Below the pieces are notes generated by a model. It saw nothing but the letters and a program-made list of their open reading frames with translations. It ran no database searches and had not been told where the DNA came from. The translations under genes were made by a program, and so were the position numbers. DNA of 63,999 bases, the filler included, from Dimargaris cristalligena (Eukaryota), in the NCBI GenBank assembly GCA_003614675.1. It is 8 parts of 8 records of this genome, joined end to end, with 100 filler letters (N's around TTAATTAATTAA, not from the genome) between each part and the next. Parts side by side here need not be neighbours in the genome. Positions count along the whole stretch, not along the records: positions 40,960 to 49,034 come from ML003363.1; positions 49,135 to 57,203 come from ML003364.1; positions 57,304 to 63,999 come from ML003491.1; 5 more parts are not named here. One strand, given 5' to 3'. Of this stretch, positions 48,867 to 60,977 are shown in pieces. Positions within the stretch are counted from its first letter, which is position 1; the number at the start of each line of letters is the position of its first letter.

Positions 48867-49034
48867 TAAAGAACTGAAATCAAATCCTTGAAAACTGAAC
48901 TTTATTTGAAAAGATAGATAATAATAAGGAAAAGGTGATGATAGACTTGCTGTAAAGAATTGAACTCAAATCCTTGAAAACTGAACTTTATTCGAAAAGA
49001 TAGGTGATAAAAAGGGAAAGGTGATGATAGACTT
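48867..49034. repeat. 86-bp tandem duplication at contig end
   Basis: CAAATCCTTGAAAACTGAACTTTATT..AAGGTGATGATAGACTT occurs twice, 86 bp apart. Confidence 0.85.
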
Positions 49035-49134
49035 NNNNNNNNNNNNNNNNNNNNNNNNNNNNNNNNNNNNNNNNNNNNTTAATTAATTAANNNNNNNNNN
49101 NNNNNNNNNNNNNNNNNNNNNNNNNNNNNNNNNN
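49035..49134. other. Artificial contig linker
   Basis: N-TTAATTAATTAA-N spacer. Confidence 0.99.
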
Positions 49135-49240
49135 CCATTTGATGAGGTAAATATTACTGGTCAAAAGTCATTCTCCCACATATTCCCCCATACATATATT
49201 GTGTAAAATCTTATACAGTTGGGTTGAAGTTCACCCATAT
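49135..49240 (+). mobile_element. MITE family A, partial copy at contig start
   Basis: CCATTTGATGAGG..ATTACTGG...TATACAGTTGGGTTGAAGTTCACCCATAT. Confidence 0.78.
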
Positions 49241-49384
49241 GGTATCGATCATGCCGTCCACCCCCATTACGGTTGCACCAGGCCGTATATTTGGCCCAAG
49301 TCGGGAAGTTGCTCCGTTGTGCTCCGGTATCACTACTGTCTCACAAATCCCGCCTTGGCAATATCCGATTTACCGTTGGCATCA

Positions 49385-49518
49385 ATATGGGGGAAGTTCA
49401 TCCAAGCTGTATAACGAAAAATCCATTAGATGGGGCCAACATTACTGGTTAAAATGGTTACTCTCCCATACACAAATCATGTAAAATGGTATACAGCTGG
49501 CTTGAATTTCACCCATAT
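49385..49518 (+). mobile_element. MITE family A, complete copy
   Basis: ATATGGGGGAAGTTCATCCAAGCTGTATA...TATACAGCTGGCTTGAATTTCACCCATAT. Confidence 0.82.
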
Positions 49519-50058
49519 TAATTGGTGCGGCGGCTCCTCAGGCTGGGCAATTAAATACATTTGTCAAGTAAGCTTAAAGACAGCCTTATTCGGTGCCCGC
49601 AGTTAAACTGTGCCGTGCCTCCCATATGTACACCAGACACCCTTTCTTCTCGGGTGTTAGCGTGATCACACACACCGTGCCTCTACCGGCATTGGTCACG
49701 GCTAATTTTGGATCATTCATTAGAAGCCCCTCTTGGCCAATTTTGGGGGCAAGAAAATGTGTAGCTGTGTCTATGGTGGTGGTTGTTATGGGTCAGCCGA
49801 TCCCTCGTTGTTATAGGTTGCCTCCGCCCCTGGTTCCAACTGTTGCTGCTAAGCCTTGAAGTGGTAGAACTCTCTCCGCTTGCATGTCCTTTGCCATCGT
49901 ATTTCTTAGTCCATCCGGTATACGCCCGCGTATTTACTAATTCGTATCAAGTCGTTTGCCTTGACACCTTTATCCCTTTCTAGGTTACTTAGTCCAGTTT
50001 CTTAGTCGCATTCCCCCCTTTTGTGCTCCCTACCACTACTTCTAGAGTTTCTCCCACC

Positions 50059-51501
50059 ATGACCACCATCTCTCCAGCTCCCGGCCACGTCGGCAATCTC
50101 TCTCCCACCCAGGAGCGCCTTCTACGGGCCCTGTGGGCCAAACTCTTTGAATATTTTGGCGAAAAGCCACTGGACATCAAGTTGCCCAACGGTGGGGATG
50201 CCGAGACCATCTCGGAGGCGACTACTTCCACCCCCGCTACCCCCACACCCGAATCGGCCGATGGGGCCAAACCCGCCAAAGCCAACCTCAAGTTCCTTAA
50301 GCTGAAGAAGGGCAAGGCCGGGTCTACCAAGAGCGACGCTTCCTCGCAATCCGACCTTGCTGGTCTGGCCAAGGCCGACTCCGCCGCTTCCGAGGCCGGC
50401 GATTCGGTGGACGCGGCCGCTGCCGCTCTCGAAGGAGTTGCCCTGACGGACTCACCGAAATCGACCACCTCCGCCTCCAGCCCCAAGCCCGCTGAGACGC
50501 TGCGGGAGGCCTTTTGGGGGGTGGTCCAGGCCGACCATCCGGACGGTATGGTCCTCCGCTTCCTGCGCGCCCGTAAGTGGAACGTGGACCGGGCTCTGGA
50601 AATGATGCTGACGGCCCTGCGCTGGCGAATTGAGACCCAAGTGGACCAGATTATTAATGAGGGCGAAGGCGGCCTGGACGATAGCATCCTCCGCAAGGGT
50701 ATTTCCTTCCTGCACGGCGAAGACCGCAAGGGCCGCCCCATCATCATCACCCGCGTCTGTTTGCACCGTAAGGAGGACCAGACCGTCGAAGAGATGACCA
50801 AATTCCTGGTGTGGACCATCGAAACCGTCCGGTTGGTCTTCAAGGCCCCCACGGAAACCGCCACCATCATCTTTGATTTGAGTGATTTTACCCTGGCCAA
50901 TATGGACTTCAACTTCGTTAAGATCCTGATCCGTTGTCTGGAGGCCTACTACCCCGAATCGCTGGGTTCCCTGCTTATCTACAACGCCCCCTGGATCTTC
51001 TCCGGTATCTGGCGGATGATTTCGCCCCTCCTGGACTCGGTAGTGGCTTCCAAGATCAACTTCGTTAACAACAAGAAACAGTTCACCGAATTCATTGATC
51101 CTGAGCATCTGGTCGACTGGCTCGGTGGCTCGTCCAAATTCAAGTACGAATATGTGGGCCCCGCCGTGGACGAAAACCATCGTATCCAGGACGCCGCCGG
51201 CCGACAGGCCCTGCTGGATCAACGGTCTGCTCTCGCTAACGAGCTGGAGGCCGCTACCCGGGAGTGGATTAAGCTTTGCGAGGCCAAGGACGCCGAGGCG
51301 GTCGATGTTCCCAAAGACAACGCCGAGGTCAAGGCCATTCAAGATAAGCGGCAGAAGGTGGTTGAGGAGATGCGGGATGTTTGCCAGAAGTTGGATCCGT
51401 TCATTCGGGCCCGTACCTTCTACCACCGTATTGGCGTAATTGAAGGACACGGTCAAATCGACTGGGATCCTATGTTTTCAAACGGATACGCCTTGAAATA
51501 A
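50059..51501 (+). CDS. Sec14-family CRAL-TRIO lipid transfer protein (CSR1/SFH2-like)
   Basis: DHPDGMVLRFLRARKWNVDRA, DLSDFTLANMD, EAYYPESLG, APWIFSGIW, LDPFIRARTFYHRIGVI; CCACCATG at 50059. Confidence 0.93.
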   Translation: MTTISPAPGHVGNLSPTQERLLRALWAKLFEYFGEKPLDIKLPNGGDAETISEATTSTPATPTPESADGAKPAKANLKFLKLKKGKAGSTKSDASSQSDLAGLAKADSAASEAGDSVDAAAAALEGVALTDSPKSTTSASSPKPAETLREAFWGVVQADHPDGMVLRFLRARKWNVDRALEMMLTALRWRIETQVDQIINEGEGGLDDSILRKGISFLHGEDRKGRPIIITRVCLHRKEDQTVEEMTKFLVWTIETVRLVFKAPTETATIIFDLSDFTLANMDFNFVKILIRCLEAYYPESLGSLLIYNAPWIFSGIWRMISPLLDSVVASKINFVNNKKQFTEFIDPEHLVDWLGGSSKFKYEYVGPAVDENHRIQDAAGRQALLDQRSALANELEAATREWIKLCEAKDAEAVDVPKDNAEVKAIQDKRQKVVEEMRDVCQKLDPFIRARTFYHRIGVIEGHGQIDWDPMFSNGYALK

Positions 51502-53229
51502 GGCCCCTCTTCCCAAGTAACGCTATTTTTCAATTGGTTGCGATTGGACTTACCTTTTTCTCATTTGCTTTCGTACACTCTCATTATATACCCCACTTTA
51601 TTATTTTCGGCCCCATATTTCTTTTCAGTTTAAGTATTCATTGTGATCATAGCCTGGTACAGTTGCGAATGGCCCAGAGTTGTCACCAGAATGCCGGCGA
51701 GTCGACCCGTCCGGAAATGATCGACTCGGTGGTCTACTAATGAATATCCGATTCCTCCTCGTGTGGAACCTAAACTCCTTGGTATCAAAACGCCAGTCAT
51801 TTGGCTAATGAAATTCTTGTAGTATCCGAAATCCCTAATTGTGCACTTGTTGTATGGTTGTTATTATACCATTTTCTTAACGTTCCCCCTTCTTTTCGGT
51901 TCTACGGGTGGGTTGGACTTCAGTTGGATAATAAAATATCCTAGCTACCAATCTGCAATTTCGAGAAATAAGCAAACAATCCGTGAGCTACTGGTTATTA
52001 AACGGATCTCAAGTCGTGTCTCTCTTATGCCTATAAAAAAGTATACTAACCGAGACGGATTATGGTAAGGATGCACCGAGTTTTGGGATGTTCCGGGCAA
52101 TTTAAAATGAAATTGGCAAGCCATGCATGTGAGTATCATACACGGTGAACTTAGCATGTTCCCCCTTATCCTCGATTTGCTTTGGCAGGTGAAGCAAGGG
52201 GCTGGGTGATCCAGGAGGTTTACATTGGGCTACCCGTGCATTGGTATAATCTGTTAAGGAGTGCAACACTCCACCGATTTACAGGTAGCGCCAACCGTTG
52301 TTAATGTAAATATTGTCGAATCAGTCGGTTTCCATTAACCCGTCGGAAACGCCCCATTAAGGTCACCCCTACCACCAGAGCCAGTCCCCCCTATTCATAA
52401 AAACTCCAACCACTCGTGATCTGGTAACACCCTCAACAAGTGCCACCTCTTCGCATACTCCCCAATCATCCCCCTCCAAGCTCTAGTTCGTAGTACACTC
52501 GCGTAGGCCACCACACCCTCTTCCTTTTGGTGGTTGCTGGGTACATGCCGAAAGGGTTGATTTTAGTAGTGAACTATTTTTGGGTCAATGTGTATATATA
52601 GTTCTAGTGGATTTTGAAACACCGCATGAGGTAGACCACCGGGACTTTGTCTGGCCAAGTTTAGAGAGAGAGAGAGACCATATGAGTTAGTGGTAAGAGT
52701 GCACGTACATTTCGGTTCAGGTCGCCTAGTTTAATGGGGAGTGCCCTATTTCCTGATCGGTGGATGTGCTCTTCTATTCCTCCTCCAAATACGTTCGTTG
52801 CCTTACTGTCTATACTATAGTGGGGTACAGGGGTTGTACAGCGGCGCCTATACACACACACACCAAGCGTAGACTGCCTTGTCTTTGAGCTGTCTTCCAG
52901 ATGAATTAGGCTGTACTTTTGACCCAGTCGCCGTTATCCAATGCCTATCCAATGACTTGGTCGCCTGATATTTCCCCTCCTTCAAAGAAACCCGTCTTTG
53001 TATTCCTAAAACATAAACAAACCATGAAAATTGTTCAAACACGCTGGTCATATCCTTAATGCATTCAGTCCTTCAAACCATTTTAGTAAAGCGGCGACTT
53101 GGTAATGTAATTCATATAAATAGGGAGTATTTTCCCGAGGATTTAATCTTGTTTTGTACCTCCGGTCATTTCAGTTTTCGTTTAAGGCTTGATTTTTCCG
53201 TCATTCACCATTTACCCCGAATTCCAACC

Positions 53230-54632
53230 ATGGCACCAAATCCATTATCCTGCATCATTATCCTCGGATTACTGTCCAGTGGCTTATTGGAAGGCCGGGA
53301 AACAGTTAAAAGCCAAAAAACCACCAATGTACCCGATTCTCCAACCCATGGTCGATGGGCAGATTCTCCACTTCAACGACGAGGACTAACGTACACCTTC
53401 AGGGATGATAATGGGCGAACTGTAACCGTACCAGTAAGATCAGTTATATATATACGACAAGACTACCCGATCCCAACGGCCAGTATGGTCCATTTCGAGG
53501 CATTTAATTTTTTCCCATATATTCAAGGCTATTCACACAGTCTCGAGTATTACTAACTTGCCGAATTTCGGTCATTTTGCGCCCACCCAACAACACTTCC
53601 TCGTTCGTGTCCGTTTAGAGTGGCATATCCTATCATGTCCAGGACCGGTTCAGAGACAAACAATGGATCCATGACCTCACCTCAACGTCGGCCGATGGTA
53701 GTGCATCAAATAGTGATAATTATAGGTTCTTTATGGTACAAGCCCATTCCATGTTGACCACCGAACTGCTGTCCTGGCTTACTTTACATCACATTGGACG
53801 TTATAGCCGCGGCGCTATTGCCGCAAACTACCAGCGAAGCGCTGATTGGCGGTCACAAGTGTTGGCCATAGCCCCTGAAATAGAACGGGCTCGGGAAGCG
53901 CAGAAATATGTCATCTACAGCGAGCTTAGCAACCATGAGCGTTCTACACTATTCCCGGCTCTTGATTTGGTAAACCGAAACCGATGGGACACCGGCCTAG
54001 TGCTTTGGATCGAGGATATGTTCCAGGAAGATGAAGTCATGGATTATATTGAGGTGGTGGCGGGCCGGTTCTACCCCCCGTATTTACTCACCCCCGAACT
54101 ACGGGCTCTTGCGGGGGAAAGTTTCAGCCCCCGCCGGCTCGTTGGCCCGCGCTGGATGGACGTCTGGTTGAGCACGGTTATTGCCACCTTTGTGGCGGAG
54201 AATAAGCCCGCCGATCTCATGGATTTTTTATCTGCCTTCAGCCATTCCAGCTCCGATTTAACCCGCTTTATATGGTTTGCCTTTGCCTTTATCACCGAAG
54301 TGTATTACGATCCAGGTCGAGAAGGCCATTTCCCCGAGCCATTCCTTGCCCCCATACGCGTCTTACGGATAGCCTTGGGATGGCGAAGGGTGGGGTTGAC
54401 CGAACTTGCCGCTTGCGCCCGCTATAAGGGCCTAGGCAATTCTGAGGCCTATATCCGGCGTCTGATGGAAGTCGTGCCGAACAGTCACACTTTGCTGCTG
54501 TTATGTAGGGAGGAGTTCCGGATTAGTTCATCCATTGTATTGACCCAGCACTCGCCTTTGGCTATTTTGGTGGACTCGGACTTTGCCGAATCCTTAACCA
54601 AAACCACGCTGGTATATACTTCTACTTCCTAA
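53230..54632 (+). CDS. Secreted orphan protein (candidate effector); exons 53230-53433, 53619-54632; ~405 aa
   Basis: Signal peptide MAPNPLSCIIILGLLSSGLLEG; GTAAGA donor, TACTAAC branch at 53551, TTTAG acceptor; phase-0 join in frame with the 299-aa ORF. Confidence 0.75.
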
Positions 54633-57203
54633 GGGCTCCTGTTTTACACTTGGTCCGCTTTGTACTCGGAAGTGCACTTCTATCTTCAGTGGTCATCGAA
54701 TACCATGGATCCCCTCCCACATATATAAATGTATTCTTTTTTAAACTGGTATTGTTAGAAATAATTGCCCATATGGGGCAAAAAAAATGGGATAAACGGG
54801 TGGCTGTCTTGGTATTTATTAATTTTTAATTCAGGGGGTTCATGAAGACCAGCGTTAATGATATACTGATTTTTTTCTTGACAGCTGTTGGCTCTATCCT
54901 ATATTAATCTACGCGGTTTACTATTACCCCTTTTGATATTATAACCTCATTACAACCCTATCTAACTGGGTTGTAGGGTGTGAATTTACCATCACAAGTA
55001 CTCTTAATTGGTACCCTTTTCTACAGCATAATTGCAATACTCATGTACTTGGCTATATGATTAAATACATGACATCCCTATATTAATGTTTTAGTAAAAA
55101 ATATGGCAATGCTGCACCCACTAATCCCACTTAATGGGGTCATGTCCTTTCCATGTAATTCATCTATGTTAGGCTTTATTATAGCACAGAACATTCCCTA
55201 GGAAACACCTACTACTATCAGACCCCATTCTCCTCACTCAAGTGTAAATCTGAAGTCTTGCCTACCCCCATTAGTCTTCCAGACACCAATAACATTCAAC
55301 CAGTCTTTTTTTTCCCTTTCACAATAATAATGCAGTATTATTTTGATGTAAATATGAGTGAGGTGTGGGCCAACTGTAAAAAGTTTTAATTGATATGTGT
55401 ATGGAATAGTAGATGGAAGATTCATTTTCTGTCCATAATGTTTACCTCATCTAACAGAATTTTGTTATATAGGCTTTTGGAATGAGTTATCAAAGGTAAA
55501 ATTGGCGGAAACTAAATTTTAAACCAACAAAACCAGCCCCACTAAATGAATTGTTATCATGCAGCTTGACTAAACTTATATTTTCAGATAATGGACTGCC
55601 TTTAATATTCCAGCCCTTTATGCTAACCTTATAATGATATAGGTGTACTACTTGGGAAGTCCAGCCTATTGCCAGCAGCCTTTGGGTTTTGCAAGAGGGC
55701 AGCAGCCTCCTTATCAGTATGACCAAAAGTCGTGGTGGCCAGCTCCCTGGTTTTTGAAGATGGGAGGTTTGCAGAGTTAGAGGAGACAGGGGTAGAGTTG
55801 GGCATTGTCATGTTGGGGTTACAGAGGGGCAGATGGTTCACAAACCAGATGGGGAACAGGAGGATAAATGAGGATAAATGAGGAGTGTCAAAGTTTATGG
55901 AGAAATAATAAAAACAAGGGAGTTGATAATTAATAATCAATAAAAGTCATCACTGAGTTCAAGGAATATAAAAATGAGTTTGAAATTTAAATGAGTGATG
56001 ATTGTTTTTTTTTTTCAATCAAGCGGGAATTTGCTGGTTACTTATATAACCATCCCATGGGCCTTAGGGACTGTTGGATATAAGGGAAGGGATGTAGAAA
56101 AAAGGTTAAGAATGGAATGAGATGGAATGACAAGGAATCCACTGAAAAATAGGTCAGACTTTTAAATGCAAGGAAGAATGGTGGACTTTTTTAATGCAAA
56201 CCATGAGTATAAAGAAATAAATAATAGTTTGTTAGTTTTTTGTGTATGCCACAGTATAGGCAGTATATTTTTTTTGTGGGTAAATGACAGTAATGATACC
56301 ACCATTGCATATCATGGCATATTCTGTCCTCTGACAATGAGGACTGGCTGCCCATAGTCCAGGGATAAGTGCTGACCTCTGGATGGCACTACATAGGTAA
56401 AGTCTTCTTCAGTGGTAATGCTAATGTTCTATATGCCTTGGAACATTGGTAGTAACAACCTGAAGTAGATTGCAATTGTCGTGAAATAATTACAGTGGGA
56501 ATTCTAACTAGGATTGTTATAATTTCTATGCAAGTTGCAGTTGAAGCTACCAGCACCAACCAAAGTTGAATTTGAATATATTTACCCAATGTGTTTATTC
56601 AGTATATTTCTATATTTACTAAGGTTATGATGTGGAAATTATGGATAATATAATTAGTGTCCAAATGCCCTTCTGCAAAGTATCAAAAATAATCCGTAAG
56701 GATTACTCCATCAGCTGTTATAACAGCAGAATAGGCAGTCCTGCTAGTAGGTAATTGTTGGTCTAGTACCAGATGGCAATGCTGGCTACTGTTCCCTTGA
56801 CCTGAAGTCATTAAGGTTACTCGGGTTTTGTCACAACAATCATTGGGATATCAACTTTAGGGGTAGGTTGAGTGGTTTTGCCTGTAAACTTCCTATAGTA
56901 CTTCTTTACAAGTGTCTTCACTCTAGATATGCCCCGGTGTCACAGTGTGGTGGTGTTAGGCTACTAAAATGAACAACAAAAATATATCAAAAGGGCAGGG
57001 TGGCTTCTCCAGGCAAACTGGTTTGTCACTCAAATGAAACTATTAATAAAATCAACTGTATAAAGTTTTTAACCAAAGTAATCCAATATGAAAAATACTT
57101 GTTTGGAAGCCCAAAAGGTCGGTCCTTGGTAACCACAACTTGAAGTATAAATCCCAATAACCAGAGTAGTAATAAAGATAGGTTTTATTATAAAAGAAAA
57201 GAT

Positions 57204-57303
57204 NNNNNNNNNNNNNNNNNNNNNNNNNNNNNNNNNNNNNNNNNNNNTTAATTAATTAANNNNNNNNNNNNNNNNNNNNNNNNNNNNNNNNNNNNNNNNN
57301 NNN
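57204..57303. other. Artificial contig linker
   Basis: N-TTAATTAATTAA-N spacer. Confidence 0.99.
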
Positions 57304-57400
57304 CATGGGAAAATATATGGGAAATTTATTTTTAACTAGTAATATTGGCCGAATCTAATGGATTTTTCGTTATACAGCTTGGATGAACTTCTCCCATATT
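57304..57400 (-). mobile_element. MITE family A, partial copy at contig start
   Basis: GGATTTTTCGTTATACAGCTTGGATGAACTTCTCCCATAT is the revcomp of the family left arm. Confidence 0.8.
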
Positions 57401-57406
57401 CATAGC

Positions 57407-58275
57407 TGTCACCCAGGTTTACCACTCTTAGTCCATCAAGAGTCCCAGGGATAGGCTTCTAATAGTTAGGTGGGGCTTAGACTTGGCCAAGTGGGTCCTA
57501 GCATTAGGTGAGGAGCACAGTACTTAACTAATAAAAACTCTAAAATGCAGGTTCAGGCCAGGGATGTACAGGGGGCATACTTACTAGTTAAATATAAGGG
57601 GATGAGCATATATAGAGTTTATTGGGGGTAAACTAAGGGGGTAAGAATTAAGCTAAGGAATCAAACTAGTCCTAATGGGGCCCAGTTATATATATACAGG
57701 GACAGCTCTAGAGGGAGGTCCCCAAGGGAAATACTACTTAGACTAAGGTATACTAAATAAGCCAACCAGATGGTCATGTAATGGGGTCATGGGGGACTGT
57801 GGGTTTACCTATTGTGCTTTGATCTGAGGGGGGATAGGTGGAGTCTGAGTGATTCCAGTAAGGCAAATTATTTATAGTTTAAAATTAGTTATTTTATTAA
57901 AACATAAATTTTTCCTGATTCCCAGGTCGGTCTAATTATTTTATACTCTTGGTTCAGTCATAGTTTCTGTAGTGATGGCTATTGTGCTCACTTTACTTGG
58001 TGTGGGCTTGGATAGAATTTGGTCACATAATAGCAGGGGGTGTCGAGATGGGGATTCATTGTGTGGTTGCAGTTGTAAGAGTCTAGAAGAGTCTTCAGAT
58101 CAGCAGGTTGAGTGTTTGGTGTGAAGCATTGGGGGCCAGAAGGAGGAGGGTTATATAATAAATGATGATTCCATAGTACCAGGGGTAACTATGGGAGGGT
58201 TAATATGGCACTATAAGGCCTATTAAGGGTGGACAATTATTAAGTCCAGATTAGGTCAGATTAGGAGGGCTGATA
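57407..58275 (+). mobile_element. LTR family B copy with ~300-bp internal insertion (~57778-58080)
   Basis: Starts TGTCAC, ends GCTGATA; collinear with revcomp of 62810-63393 apart from the insertion; flanks (ATAGC / AAGAT) are not a TSD. Confidence 0.75.
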
Positions 58276-60977
58276 AAGATTTTTTTTTTAAAAAAAAAGA
58301 AATATCTGCCTCAGTTGCTAATTATCAAACAGGCCCCATAACCATAGCTACATGAAGAGAATAGGCAAACTGTACAGCTTTTTAAGGGTAACAAGGTCAT
58401 TTCTTTCCATGCGCAGCCATTCCATAGTATTTACATTTTGTTAAGTGTAAAGTTGACAGTTTAGTATAGTTATAATATTTATGTGCTAAGAAGAAAAAGG
58501 AAACCTCCTTGAACTATTTTGGAGCAAGGTAGCAACTATATAGAGATCTACGTTGGGGTTCACAATATAATAGATAAGACGCTGATGGCTCTAATTGGCC
58601 GCTAACAGTAATGAATATAATTGGAGGTTTTGGCCGTTACAATTTCAATAATGCTGTGATTTCATATGTGGCGTAGCTCTTCTGATAATTTTAATACTCC
58701 CATTTACACGGAGGGTGAAATAATGTACAGGTGGAAATGTGATTGGCAGTGCACCATTTTAACTTAACTGATTGGACGATGTCCCTCTTATTCCCAAAAC
58801 AAGCGCCCTTAATCGGACAAATGCAGCCCCTGAGGGGGTCGGTCACACAGGCATATGGGCCATTTAATGCGGTAGTACTGCTATATCGAAAACTAAATTC
58901 TAGAGTATCGCTCGTCGACATGACTTATTTTACAGATCAATAGCTGAAACTGTACAACGGGCATTGTGTGTATTAACCAATGACATTTTGCTCAAAAGGT
59001 ACGCGAGAAATCCGTGAAAGTAGACTGGCCATCACGATTCGGTTCGGAGCGTTACACTAGGTTTAAAGGGAGCAATGCAGACCAACAGTTAAACATTATT
59101 GTCTAATGCGCCCATTTACTCTATACCTAATACCTCTCTATCGGCTCCATCGAGGATTACATTTGCCACTGCCCCAACCCGCTTCAGCGACTTACTCATT
59201 TACTAACACCAAAAGGGAAGCTGGGCCCATTTAAGTCGAAGTTTACAAATATAAGCCCCCTCCTCTCATTCGGTTGAAGGACTACTCCGACCCTCCGTCC
59301 TGCCAAGTATGGTAGGCTTACTAATATTGTGGGTCCATGAAATTATTCTAGTTTTGGGAAAATAAAAAATGGGTCTATAGATCATTATACTAGGGTATTC
59401 ATGGTGTGTTACTTTGTTTTCGCACTCCTATCCCCACCGCCCCTCGTGCGCGTTCGCGGCATCAAATATACATAAACTTACCATTTCCTTATAATGGATG
59501 TTGAAATAGACTAGGAAGAAAATATCCCAAATAACTCGTGGTAAAAGGGTCGATGTGGTGGTAAATGATATCCAATATTAATGGAAGGTGGGATAACTGC
59601 TGACTGATACTCTGAGCTGTCCTAAAATCCACGAGTATAACTCGTGTTTACCGTTCGACAGTGAATGTTTATAGATGACCGAATTACAGTGTTTTGGACA
59701 GCATGGTATGTTAACCTGGAACCAATACCCTTAATAATACACACTAATATAAGAAATCCAATGAGCATAAAAATATGGTGCGACGTAAATAAATTGGTTT
59801 ATTTCAATATAGCGGCGAAAGTATACTTTTAGGTGCATGGCTGCACTCGGAGAAAAATTGCCAACCTAGGGTACATAGTTGAGATGCTCTAATGGCACAT
59901 TGGCCAGAATATCCACTATCGAATGTGTCAATTGCATCGGTTTATTTTCAACGACGGCGAAGAAGGGACAGGTATACGGGCGAGGAATGGAAGTCGGTAA
60001 TTTGAAGCAGGTCAGCTGTATAAGGAATATGGGTGTGAAGGTCCACTGTCACTGGACACAGGGTATTCCCCGACTCATAAGGGGACCCAGGCCAATTTGG
60101 GAGAGGGTCTGCTCTCAACGCCCACAATCGCTTCTATTCCAATACAAAAATTAAAAGAAATAACTTGATATACTGCAAACGAACGAAGGAAGTAAGGAAG
60201 GAAGGGAAATATGACAATCGAAGACTCAAGGGTGTGTGGTTTACAAGAGATACATCTATTGGTGAGCAGAGGAGCGAGGGAGTATGATATGGAAGGAGGG
60301 ATAATCCCCAGCCTAGTCAACCCGCTCGACCAATTCAATACAAAGGGTCGGAGGGCTCGATTTAACCTGGCAGTGGACCCGGGCCTTATCCCTTTACCCA
60401 TCCTGTTGCCTAGCTCTCCTGTAATACATTGTATTTGACAAGGGTATAGCCAGCGAAACATAGTGGCGACCAATGCCCCCGGTCTCTTGGCGCTGTTATT
60501 CCCAAATCCCTCATTTAATCTATATTCTGATATACTGAAGAAAAATAGCGCAGAAGTCGGCTTGCCTACTGCTATGCTACGAACTAGTCCTACCCTGCCC
60601 TAAAGTTGATGGCGCCAGGGGAATTCATGGAGAATATATAAAGGCAGTCATTAGCCTCCACCCTTATCTTTCATCACTCTACTCCACCTTCCCAGCCGAA
60701 CTATCTTTCTGATTGGATTTCTCAATATCAGTTGCCTTCATCACTATTTATCTACAGTCGTACTCCTTACTACTCTCACTTACTTTAAATTATACTTGTA
60801 CGTATATAACTGATACTGGGAAATTTGCTGACTATCAGATAAAACCACATTGGTTCGATTGGATTTGCTCTATATCGTATTTCACTCCTTTTTTTAAAAA
60901 TTCCACCCACGGGTCCACCGCTCAGTTTCACCTATATTCCCTCTATTCGCCCACTTCACCACACCAAGTTCACCACC

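Noticed and set aside
49135-49518. Two nearby MITE copies as a CRISPR-like or regular array
   Set aside because: Only two long divergent units, eukaryotic context, no cas genes.
49989-51456. Long antisense ORFs (307 and 334 aa) over the Sec14 gene
   Set aside because: Shadow ORFs expected from the GC3-rich sense codons; no motifs.
8100-57303. Regularly spaced TTAATTAATTAA motifs every ~8.2 kb
   Set aside because: Artificial linkers between size-sorted contigs; the periodicity and cross-linker gene neighbourhoods are not biological.
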